The notes beneath the pieces are model-generated. The model worked only from the letters and a program-made list of their open reading frames with translations. It ran no database searches and was not told the DNA's origin. The translations under genes were made by a program, and so were the position numbers. From contig DAOVRJ010000001.1 in NCBI GenBank assembly GCA_030628225.1, positions 1-40,158 on the forward strand: a stretch of 40,158 nt of DNA. The letters are read 5' to 3'. Numbering within the stretch: position 1 is the stretch's first letter; the number at the start of each line of letters is the position of its first letter. Positions 7,499-16,400 of the stretch are shown here, piece after piece. The stretch comes from Candidatus Zixiibacteriota bacterium. Its GTDB lineage: Bacteria; SM23-81.

Positions 7499-8515
7499 TC
7501 ACAGGCCTTCTGTTTCGGCTCGGCGCACGATCTGGAAGATCTGAACTCGCCCGTTCCCGGAGTCCAAGACGCAGAGCAAATCCGTGCCCGAGACGGCCAG
7601 GTCTATCGGCGAATGAAAGGATCCGTAGCCCGTGCCGGCGGCGCCCAGGCTGAAGAGCAATTCGCCCTGGGAGCTGAAGACGCAGATGCGATCATGGCCG
7701 GTATCGGCAACATAGAGATAGCCCTGGCCATCGGTTGCCACACCCTTCGGTCCCTTGAGCAACCCCTGACCTATGCTGCCCAGAAAACTGCCGAAGGCAT
7801 CGTAACGAGCGATGCGGTCATTTCCTGTGTCGGCAACGAAGACGGCGCTCCCGCGGCCGATTGTCAGACCCGCTGGTGTTCTTAGACGATCCGCAGCAGA
7901 GGTAAATCCTCCGAAGGAGCGTTCCAGCTCTCCGAAAGAGGTCAGTATCAACACCTGCTCGTTCTCCTCATCGCTGACATACAGCTCTCCTGTGGGAGCC
8001 ATCTCGATGTCCCGCAGGAATCCGAAAGCCAACGGCTCTTCCTCCTCCGTGGATGGTGGGATGCTGGACAGAAAGTTCAGATAGCGGTCAAAACGCTGCA
8101 CGCGCCGATTTTGAGAATCCACAACATAGATGTTTAACCCCTCCCGAGCAGACAGGCCCGTGGGCCGATTGAACCGTCCCTCACCCCATCCGAATCCCCC
8201 GATCTCCTCGATGAGGCGGCCGGCGGAATCGAATTTCTGCACCCGGTGATTCCCCGTGTCGGCCACATAGATATTCCCCTCTGGATCGACGGAGATACCC
8301 TGGGGATTCAGGAATTGGCCAGGACCGCTCCCGGGACTGCCGAAGGTCCGCTGAAACTTCAGCGCCCGGGGTGGAACGGAATGACCCGGCGCCCACCAGG
8401 AGGACCCGCTCTTTGTTCCGCTCGCCGAACAGGCCAGATATGAGCCAACGGCTAAAATCAACGCCGATGAAATCCAAATTGGAAAGTTCTGTCTGTGAAA
8501 TAGATCACTGAACAT
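7499..8515 (-). CDS. NHL-repeat beta-propeller protein with Cys-containing signal sequence (possible lipoprotein)
   Basis: Five to six NHL repeats are visible: GQFLNPQGISVDPEGNIYVADTGNHRVQKFD, GRFNRPTGLSAREGLNIYVVDSQNRRVQRFD, LRTPAGLTIGRGSAVFVADTGNDRIARYD, LKGPKGVATDGQGYLYVADTGHDRICVF and FHSPIDLAVSGTDLLCVLDSGNGRVQIFQ. I chose the ATG at 8515 (MFSDLF..., hydrophobic stretch ending SYLAC/S, GGAGAG upstream) as the start. The maximal ORF reaches 8614. Confidence 0.8.
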   Translation of the reverse strand: MFSDLFHRQNFPIWISSALILAVGSYLACSASGTKSGSSWWAPGHSVPPRALKFQRTFGSPGSGPGQFLNPQGISVDPEGNIYVADTGNHRVQKFDSAGRLIEEIGGFGWGEGRFNRPTGLSAREGLNIYVVDSQNRRVQRFDRYLNFLSSIPPSTEEEEPLAFGFLRDIEMAPTGELYVSDEENEQVLILTSFGELERSFGGFTSAADRLRTPAGLTIGRGSAVFVADTGNDRIARYDAFGSFLGSIGQGLLKGPKGVATDGQGYLYVADTGHDRICVFSSQGELLFSLGAAGTGYGSFHSPIDLAVSGTDLLCVLDSGNGRVQIFQIVRRAETEGL

Positions 8516-8648
8516 GGCCTTTGCTCTCCGGAGAAATGTGTGGAGACAGCCAGCACGTCCAAGAGGTATTTGGGACCAGGAAAGGAGGGAACTTGGATGG
8601 CAGGAAAACGGCACAAGGCTAATGGGGGGTGCAAATCTACCGCTCGGC

Positions 8649-9422
8649 CTAAAAGCTCCTCTTCAGACCGATGACCACCATCGAGGAGCCGGGTGCCGGT
8701 CGCACACAGAGGGAGAGCTGGACCGGTGAGGGCCGGGAGGCGTGCTCTTTGTTGTATGCCCTGGCTGTCCTGGCGGCGTCCACGGCGCTCACCAGATGGT
8801 TGAGCAGAATGACCCCGGTCACGATGATCGCGTTGTGTTCCGCGTTGATGCTGGTCCGATAGATGGAGTCAAATTCCCTTTGCGAGCTGTCGCTGTCCCA
8901 CTCCCAGAAATCGCTCCCCGAATAGAGCTGGGCCTCCTCCCGGTAATTTATGAGCTGTCGGCTGTTATACTCCTCCATGCTGGTAAAGATACTCACGTCC
9001 TCAAAGTACTCCTTGGATTTGCCCCGGATATCGACGCCGGCGTGCGTCGCCGCATAGAGCTGGTAGTCTTCCTCTTTCCAATCGCTATAGAGGTGCAATC
9101 CCAGAAATCCAGCTAAAATAGCCAGCTCCGTTCCTAAAAAGATCCGTCCGCGACCCGGTGCCTTGGTGTAAAACTGCCCGGTGCCGGGTATCAGAAGAGA
9201 GAGAATAAAGGCTTTCGGCGCCGATCTGGACTCTGCAGATGTCAGGATAATTTCCCCGGTTTTCGCGGCCACGGGGCCCATTGCCCGGTCACTCCCCTGA
9301 GCTACCATGGATAGATCCATGAGCGTCACGATGGAGTGACTCCTGGCTTGAATGGGCAAGAATGTGATCAGCAAGCTGGCTGCCAACCCGGCGACCCACA
9401 AAAGGCCTGTATGCGCCTTCAT
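8649..9422 (-). CDS. Small membrane protein, DUF5683-like (paralog of 12495..13418)
   Basis: Start chosen at MKAHTGLLWVAGLAASLLITFLPIQA (ATG 9422), preceded by GGGGGAGGG. The maximal ORF to 9530 would overlap the upstream gene. The protein shares LSLLIPGTGQFY (hydrophobic hairpin), a Trp/Tyr/Asp/Glu-rich middle, NHLVSAVDAARTARAYN and a C-terminal ...GLKRSF with its paralog. Confidence 0.6.
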   Translation of the reverse strand: MKAHTGLLWVAGLAASLLITFLPIQARSHSIVTLMDLSMVAQGSDRAMGPVAAKTGEIILTSAESRSAPKAFILSLLIPGTGQFYTKAPGRGRIFLGTELAILAGFLGLHLYSDWKEEDYQLYAATHAGVDIRGKSKEYFEDVSIFTSMEEYNSRQLINYREEAQLYSGSDFWEWDSDSSQREFDSIYRTSINAEHNAIIVTGVILLNHLVSAVDAARTARAYNKEHASRPSPVQLSLCVRPAPGSSMVVIGLKRSF

Positions 9423-9435
9423 CTGGCCCTCCCCC

Positions 9436-12400
9436 TTATCCGTCCGAGCTAATAAAGGTAAACAAGAGATTGAAATAGACCCGCCACCCCCCCTTCTCTG
9501 CCGGGCGGTTTTCGATGGCCGGAATATCATCTAACCCATAGGCGGCTGCAAGGCTGAGCTTTGTAGGAAAGGCGTAGAAGGAAAAACAATCCAATCTGAA
9601 CTCTGCCCCAACATTTTTCTTGATATCGTCGAAGTTGACACCATCGTCATTCCAGGCCTTGCCGGCGCCGTAGAAGATGGACCCGCACAGCTTGTCAAAA
9701 TAGACCTGGAAAAACTGCTTGCTGATGTCCATCCAGATGGGAAAGCGATAAGTCACATTCCCCAAAGCTATCCGCCGGCCCTCGATGCTATAGAAGGAGT
9801 AACCCCTGAGACCCTCCTGACTGCCCAGTTGAAAGTAAAAGAAGTCGTCCACGGCCTCGTCGATCACCCCACCCTTGAGGTGCAGGATCAGAGAATGCCG
9901 TCCCCAGGGAAGAGCCCGGTATTCTTTCCAGTCCAGCCGAAACTGGTCGTAGTAGTTCTTGTAGTAAGCGGTGACGTAACCGTATTCCGTTAACTTCCCC
10001 TCGTTTGGATTGATCAGTTTGTTGAACATGCGATCGTAGCGAAGATGTATCTCCCGCCCACCCCGGGGGTTGATCTCGGCATCCCGGGCCCGGGAGATGG
10101 ATTTATAGTCCCAGCGCAGGGATATATCGTGGCCGCGAAAGTAGGTCCAGCTATCTTTGCCCAAAAGCCATCCTTCCGGATAGTGTCCTGGTACCGGCTC
10201 CCGGGTCCAGGCCTCCAGATAGACATCGTACTTACTGAAGATGTAAGCCAGGGTAAGCTCTTTCTGGTAGGTGATGGACATGGGGTCACTCCAAGCATAC
10301 CGGATCCCCAGGTCAAATTCCGTCAGATCATACCGCGTTTCCAAACCAACCAGGGTTTTATGGCCATCGATCCGGTCATATACCTGATCATCGACATGTT
10401 TGCGCAGCCGAAAGGCCTCGAAGAACAGAGTGGGGGCGAACATCCGGTTCTCGTACTGGGCATAGAAATCGAAGTCCCCATCTTTGGCCACCACGGCCGT
10501 GGCGAAAGCAGACTGCTTGCTCAATAGCTCCTGTGAAGCTAAATATAAGCCCCCCTTGAATTTGTTGTCGTCAATAACGAAACGGGGCAGGAAAAAGGTC
10601 TTGTTGAAAATGGACTTGTAGGGCCGGGACTCAAAATGGGGCGCAGCCTCCCGGTGACCTGGATTATCGCCCAGGCCGGCAATGGACGGAATATCCGCAG
10701 GCTTCCCCAGGGTCTCATCCATAGGCAACAGGAAGATCTGGTACCCATCCGAGGTGTATCCGGAATAGACCACCGTCTTCCCGTCCGGGGAAAGGGAGGG
10801 GTTGAAGGCCCCACCCACCACATTAGTCACCTGGGTCAGGCTTCCCTCGTCCAGCCTGTATACATAAAGATTGAATATTCCTCCCCGGTCCGAGGAAAAA
10901 CAAACGGTCCGACCGTCGGGGGACCAACAGGGATCGCGATCATCCTCCAGTCCCCGGATCAAGGAACAACCGCCCGTGCCATCGGTGTTGACCAGGGTCA
11001 CGTCCCGGGTCCGCTCGCGAAACGTGCTCACCAGGATCTTATCACCGCCCGATGACCAGCGGGGGCCATAATACTGGGTGCCATCCTGGTTATCCGTCAG
11101 AGTTCGAACCAGCTTCCCATCGGGATCCAGCAGGGCCAGATTGCGGGTACCGTCGCCATTGAGGACCACCAGTATAGACTGGCCATCAGGAGACCAGCGA
11201 GGATCAGTGGCCCGCAGTTCATGGGTCAGCCGCTTCTCTTTTTCGGTCTTCAGATCGTAGAGATAGATATCGTTCACATGAGAGCCGTATTTGTTAGGCT
11301 TCACCCTCTTGGCATAGACCAGCTTTTCCCCGTCCGGAGACCAGGATGCCGCCGAGCGGAGCCCTCCGGCCACCTGTTCTGCCTCCTGGGTCTCCATGTC
11401 CATCACGTAGAGGCTCATGATCTGGTAATCGCTGCCCTTGTTGGACAGATAGGCCAGCTTTGTCCCATCCGGCGACCAGGCGGGATGGATGTTCATCCAG
11501 CCCTCCTGGATTATCTTCCTGCCTTCCACCAGGTCTTTCTCCACCATCCTCTGCTGGTCCTGATACTCGTCCAGCATGTGTTCATGCCATTCGCGGTAAA
11601 GCTGTTTTTCCGATCTTCCAGTGACCTTCTTTATGGCCGAACCGAAGTTATACCGCCATGGGCTCCTCATAGCCCGACACAGGTCTTTCAGGCTCTTGGG
11701 CCCATATTTCTCGGCGATGTACCGGGTCAGGGAAAATCCCTGGTTGTAAACCATCTCGTTGCCCAGCCCGATCTTTCCAAATCCGCCCATCTCGTCGCAA
11801 CTTAGCAGCTTGTCGCCCAGGACACCCATGCGCAGCAGCATGTCCCGGTGGGTGTCCCAGGACTCATGATCGAGGGAAGGGGCCTGGTACTGGGCCAGCC
11901 CTTCGGCAAACCACAGGGGAACCACCGTCCCGGGCAGGGGATAAGATATGATCACGTTGGGGTACCCGCTGATTACATCGGGCCTCTTCTCCTTCTCATA
12001 GCCGATGTACTGCAGGTAGAAGGATGGCAGCCACTGGGGAAACTTGCGGGCCAGCTGCAGGGAGACCATGTGAGTGAACTCGTGGGTGATGACGTTGCGC
12101 AGCCAGTGGTGCATGCCCCGCAGCTCCCAGTCCATCTGGGTGGCCCAGATGGCGATCTTGTTCTCATAGTAGTAGGCCATTCCATTGGCATAGTCGTCGG
12201 TATCGTAGATGATCAGGTCCACCACCTGGGGTAGCGGATAGTCATAGAGAGAGGTGATCGGATCATATATCTCCTCGGCGATCTGTGCCGCCAACTGGGC
12301 GGTACGCTCGGCACCCTGGTGGTAGTGAATCCGGAAGTGCTCCCTCTCAATGGTGCGCCATTCCAGCTCCGGATGGTTATAGGCCCAAGCTTGGCCCACC

Positions 12401-12453
12401 GCGATCAAGAGGATGGCCAGACAGATCATGATATGTGAGATCCGAACGTGCAT
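9436..12453 (-). CDS. Fusion protein: HExxH (Peptidase_MA-like) domain + six PD40/TolB-type propeller repeats + C-terminal Omp85-type beta-barrel
   Basis: Signal peptide MHVRISHIMICLAILLIAVGQAWA (ATG 12453; the maximal ORF starts at TTG 12498). VITHEFTHMV lies at nt 12070-12084, with WFAEGLAQY about 55 aa later (gluzincin-like). PD40 repeats: WSPDGTKLAY, WSPDGEKLVY, WSPDGQSILV, WSSGGDKILV, WSPDGRTVCFSSDRGG, LSPDGKTVVYSG. The aromatic-rich C-terminal ~390 aa contain QLGSQEGLRGY...NVTYRF (LRGY at nt 9799-9810). This aligns with the KLGGARTLRGY...NLEYRF motif of the Omp85 protein at 2200..3984. Confidence 0.7.
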   Translation of the reverse strand: MHVRISHIMICLAILLIAVGQAWAYNHPELEWRTIEREHFRIHYHQGAERTAQLAAQIAEEIYDPITSLYDYPLPQVVDLIIYDTDDYANGMAYYYENKIAIWATQMDWELRGMHHWLRNVITHEFTHMVSLQLARKFPQWLPSFYLQYIGYEKEKRPDVISGYPNVIISYPLPGTVVPLWFAEGLAQYQAPSLDHESWDTHRDMLLRMGVLGDKLLSCDEMGGFGKIGLGNEMVYNQGFSLTRYIAEKYGPKSLKDLCRAMRSPWRYNFGSAIKKVTGRSEKQLYREWHEHMLDEYQDQQRMVEKDLVEGRKIIQEGWMNIHPAWSPDGTKLAYLSNKGSDYQIMSLYVMDMETQEAEQVAGGLRSAASWSPDGEKLVYAKRVKPNKYGSHVNDIYLYDLKTEKEKRLTHELRATDPRWSPDGQSILVVLNGDGTRNLALLDPDGKLVRTLTDNQDGTQYYGPRWSSGGDKILVSTFRERTRDVTLVNTDGTGGCSLIRGLEDDRDPCWSPDGRTVCFSSDRGGIFNLYVYRLDEGSLTQVTNVVGGAFNPSLSPDGKTVVYSGYTSDGYQIFLLPMDETLGKPADIPSIAGLGDNPGHREAAPHFESRPYKSIFNKTFFLPRFVIDDNKFKGGLYLASQELLSKQSAFATAVVAKDGDFDFYAQYENRMFAPTLFFEAFRLRKHVDDQVYDRIDGHKTLVGLETRYDLTEFDLGIRYAWSDPMSITYQKELTLAYIFSKYDVYLEAWTREPVPGHYPEGWLLGKDSWTYFRGHDISLRWDYKSISRARDAEINPRGGREIHLRYDRMFNKLINPNEGKLTEYGYVTAYYKNYYDQFRLDWKEYRALPWGRHSLILHLKGGVIDEAVDDFFYFQLGSQEGLRGYSFYSIEGRRIALGNVTYRFPIWMDISKQFFQVYFDKLCGSIFYGAGKAWNDDGVNFDDIKKNVGAEFRLDCFSFYAFPTKLSLAAAYGLDDIPAIENRPAEKGGWRVYFNLLFTFISSDG

Positions 12454-12494
12454 ATTGGTCCCCGTAGCCACTAAGGCAGCCAAAAAGCGAATGT

Positions 12495-13418
12495 TCAAAA
12501 TCTCTTGGTTAAGGTGATCTTGGGGATAGCCTTTCCGGCGTAGATATCCATCCCCATGCGCAGCTCAGGATAACCGGCTTCCTCCAGGGATCGCCGGTTA
12601 AAGGCCTTGGCGGCTAAAGCGGCATCCAGGGCGCTGATCACGTGGTTGAACAGGCTGGCGCTGATCCCCCAGGTGGCTCGCTTGAGCAGGTCGTTGGCGT
12701 CGCCGCGCAGGTTAGCATATCTGTCTCGATTCACAGTGGCCGTGGCGTCGCCCCCGCGGCAGATGTCCCGAGTGGTCTGATCGAATGTATAGCCCAAAAG
12801 GGAATCATTGGGGGCGAAATCGCCGGGAAGGTAATCCTGCGGGTTGCCGACCCAACCAAAGGAGAACTGGTCGTATTTGCCGATCATCTCGTAGTAATCG
12901 CCGTCCTTCTGAGCAGGCAGGTGGTGGGTGAACATCTTATCGAAATCGGGATCGTTGTCCCCCTTACGGGCGTCGTACCAGTCCTCCCAGTCGCGATACC
13001 AATCAAGATAAGCATCTTCGGACCACTCGACGTCGGCGAAATCCATGTACTCGTCCTCCTTGTCCTTGCCGGAGCTGTGCTGGGTAAAATACCATGCCCA
13101 GGAAGCCGTCTCTACAGCCAAGAAACCTATGGCCCTCTTCTCAGCCCCAACGTAGAGCTCTCCCATACCGGGAATGATCGCCGAAAACAGCAGGGCCTTG
13201 CCCGGGGACTTCAATCCCGGCGTGCCGGCGGGAATTCCCTCCACGAAAACCGGCTGCTGACCAACTTTCTGGGCCACCTCCCCCACCGACGGCTGTGCTC
13301 TTAGAAAATGCTCGCCGATCACACCAACCCCAGGACCGACGTCGGCCAGCGCTGTGCTGCCCAAGGCCAGCATCGTGCAGACAAGAACCAGAGACCGGAA
13401 AACGGACGTGCCTTTCAT
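12495..13418 (-). CDS. Small membrane protein, DUF5683-like (paralog of 8649..9422)
   Basis: Start chosen at MKGTSVFRSLVLVCTMLALGSTALA (ATG 13418), preceded by AAGGAGGGGG. The maximal ORF to 13622 overlaps the upstream gene. Motifs: FSAIIPGMGELY, an acidic/aromatic middle (DWYRDWEDWYD), NHVISALDAALAAKAFN and a C-terminal ...TLTKRF. Confidence 0.6.
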   Translation of the reverse strand: MKGTSVFRSLVLVCTMLALGSTALADVGPGVGVIGEHFLRAQPSVGEVAQKVGQQPVFVEGIPAGTPGLKSPGKALLFSAIIPGMGELYVGAEKRAIGFLAVETASWAWYFTQHSSGKDKEDEYMDFADVEWSEDAYLDWYRDWEDWYDARKGDNDPDFDKMFTHHLPAQKDGDYYEMIGKYDQFSFGWVGNPQDYLPGDFAPNDSLLGYTFDQTTRDICRGGDATATVNRDRYANLRGDANDLLKRATWGISASLFNHVISALDAALAAKAFNRRSLEEAGYPELRMGMDIYAGKAIPKITLTKRF

Positions 13419-13446
13419 CGCCCCCTCCTTTGAGAGATGTGCCTGG

Positions 13447-16400
13447 TTATTTGACCACCGCAATTTTGCAAAAAACCGTTTCTTGATACCCTCCTCCCCG
13501 AGCCTCCACCCGGCATAGGTAAACCCCGCTAACCACATCGGACAGATCCCAGACCACCTCGTTCTCCGTGTGGGCGAACCCTGTGCCGGGCAGATCGGCC
13601 ACCAGATCGCCGGACAGATCATAGATGCGAATGTCGACCTCGGCCTCCTGACCGAGCCGATACCGTATCGTGGTGCTCTGTCCTTCAGTGGGATTGGGAT
13701 AGTTGTACACCGAGGCCGCGGGCATCAGCTCCCCGGCCTGGGGAGGCGAGGGAAGTTCGCAGATGGGGAAACCCCCCGTGTGTCTGAAATCGTGCCCCCA
13801 GGTGGGCCAGGGGAGCTGAGCAGAGTCGGGCTCTGCCGCCAGGTCCCACACATACATCCACCCGGCCTCATCTCCGGCCAGGATCTCGATGTCCCCATCG
13901 CCGTCGATGTCGGCCAGGGTCGGCGAGGAGTTGACCGCCCCGGCACAGGCCAGGGGCCAGCCCTGCAGTGGATCCCCGAATCTGTCGTGGGCCACCAAAA
14001 GGCCCGCAGGAGTGCCCACCACGATGTCCACCTGCCCATCCCCATCCACATCACCCAGGATGGGCGAGGATTTCATGGTACCAGTATCCTTCAAAGGAAT
14101 GGGAAAGTTCGACACCGGCGAGACGTTGTAGTTCCAGGCCCAGATCTCATCGGTTCCGACAACCACTACCTCCAGATAGCCATCGCCGTCGATGTCTCCC
14201 AGGACTGGCGAACTACTCAAGGGACCTTCTATCTGCACTGGCCAACCGGTGGTCAGATGTCTATACAAATCCCAGACATAAATCTGCCCCCCGGCACAAG
14301 TGGCAATAATCTCCACAATTTGATCATCCCGATCTAAGTCTCCCCAAACCAATCCCATAATCTCTGCTGGAGTTTGAATAACACGAGGTTCTATAGAACC
14401 TTCCCCCAAGGGACAGAACGTAAACACTTGACCGTTAGCCGTTCCGGCGATTACTCTATAAACGAAAGGCCATGAAGCACCGTCGGCAACAGTCAGTGCC
14501 GTAATAGTACTTTCTCCCAGGTTAACCCGCCAGGTGATTTTATCCTCCTCGCCGGGAGCCAATTCGTATACCCAGCCGTTGGCAGTCCCCACCACAATCC
14601 TCGTCCCGCAAAAAACGCCGGGTACTCTAATCAACAAAGCGGCACTAGAAATAGGACTCTCCACGTTAAAAGGAAACCCATCAAGCTCTTCTCCGTCGTG
14701 ATTCCAGCAGTGGACATCTCCGCTCACGGCGCCCAGAACGATTTCCTGATCACCATCCTCATCCAGGTCGCCCAGGGCAGCAGAACCCGCGATGGAATCC
14801 GCCAACTGGACGAACAGAGCCGAGCTGTCCGCTCCGGGCAGAAACGGCGTTCCGTCATGATTCCACACAAAGACCCGGCCATCAGGAGTATTCATCACGA
14901 TCTCCATGTCCCCATCGCCATCCAGATCACCCACCAGGGGCGGATTTTCGGCCAGGGAAACCGCCATCGAATCGGGCCAGCCGGGCTGGTACGTGTCGAT
15001 GGACACGTCGCAGGTCATGGTCGCCCCCGAGGGGCCTATCCCAGTCACGAAAATGTGGCTGTCGGCCCCGCTGTAGCTGTTGGAGTTTGGGTTCGAGGTA
15101 GGCGTGAAGGCCGTGTTGTTGCCCTGGTAGAAGGCATCCTCGGGCATGCCATAGGTGACATAGCCCCCGTAGAGGATGTGGCCGATGTCCTGAAAACCGT
15201 CGGCCTCCTCCAGATCCACCCCCCGGTGGTAGGGGTCGGCGTTGACGGTATTGCTCTCGTAGTTCTCCCGGATGACCTTCTCGTCCACGTGCCAGATGAG
15301 CAGACCCGATCCGGGGATGCCCCAGTCGTACTCGTCCACCTCCAACAGGACCCCACCCTCGATCTGGGCCACGATGCTGTCCCCCCAGGCGTCTCGCTGA
15401 CGGTTCTCGATCAGGAAATACTCGTCGGCATTGATGGGCACTTTCAGCACGGTGGTGTTGGAGCCCCTCACCACCAGGGCATCAATGGCCACCTCCAGGC
15501 TGTCCCGCACCAACACGGGCCTCTCCCAGCCTAAAAAGATCCGCGACCAGGCGCAGGGCACCGCGGGGATCAGGCCCAGCTCGTTGCCGGAGCCCTGGTC
15601 CATCAGGCCCCAGGACCCGATGCCCGAGGAGCCATCCGCGCTGTTGTACAGATTGGGCAGCCCCAACCGATGTCCGAACAGCAGGGCCATCAACCCGGTG
15701 AGGCCGAACTCGACATCCCGCTGGTTGAGGGTCTCCGGCATCCACAGGCCCTCCTGGACAAGATAGGTTCCTCCGTTCACCGGCACTCCCTGAGCATACT
15801 GGGAGCCCAGGGACTGGCTCAGCCATTCCAGGTCCATGTAGGCCGAGGGAATATCGTTTGGCGTCTCGTCGTAAGAGAAAGCGATGTCCGCCCCCACTCC
15901 GGCGTGAAAGATGACCAGGGCATCGAACTGAGAGAAATCGATGGTGCCGGCGGCATCCGCCGTCTCCAAAGCATCCCGGAAGAACTCCGCCAGCCGCCGG
16001 TCGTTCTCCGACTCGGTGAGATTGGGGCTGTAGTAGGCCATCTCGTTGGGCAGAGTGTAGGCCGCATCATTCTCCTGCGGATAGACCTCGCAGGAGAAAT
16101 CCAACAACCCCCGGGAGACGTTCAGATAGTATCTGTGCAGGGCCTCCATCTGTCGTTGAAAATATATCCTGTCATGAGGCGGCGGGTTTATGACCTCGTC
16201 GGAGCTGGCGGAAAGGTCAAACTTGCCCGTGCCGGTTGTGGTGGAGGTGGTATCTGGGAGAAAGTCAACCCGGATGGCCAGAACGGCCTGGGGAAACTCC
16301 TCCGCAGAAACGGTCAGCCCGGCGGCCGGATCGCCCTGCACCAGATCGGCCCGATGGAAACCTTCTCTGCCGCAACGAAGAACCATACCGACATGATCGC

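Noticed and set aside
8516-8614. N-terminal extensions of maximal ORFs: 8614 for the NHL gene, 9530 and 13622 for the DUF5683-like genes, 35274 for murG, 23428 for DUF1844, 26518 for rpmB, and 12498 (TTG) for the Omp85 fusion.
   Set aside because: In each case an internal ATG is preceded by a good SD and yields a canonical N-terminus (a signal peptide, or the conserved MurG/L28 start). The extension overlaps the upstream gene or encodes Arg/Cys/Trp-rich junk.
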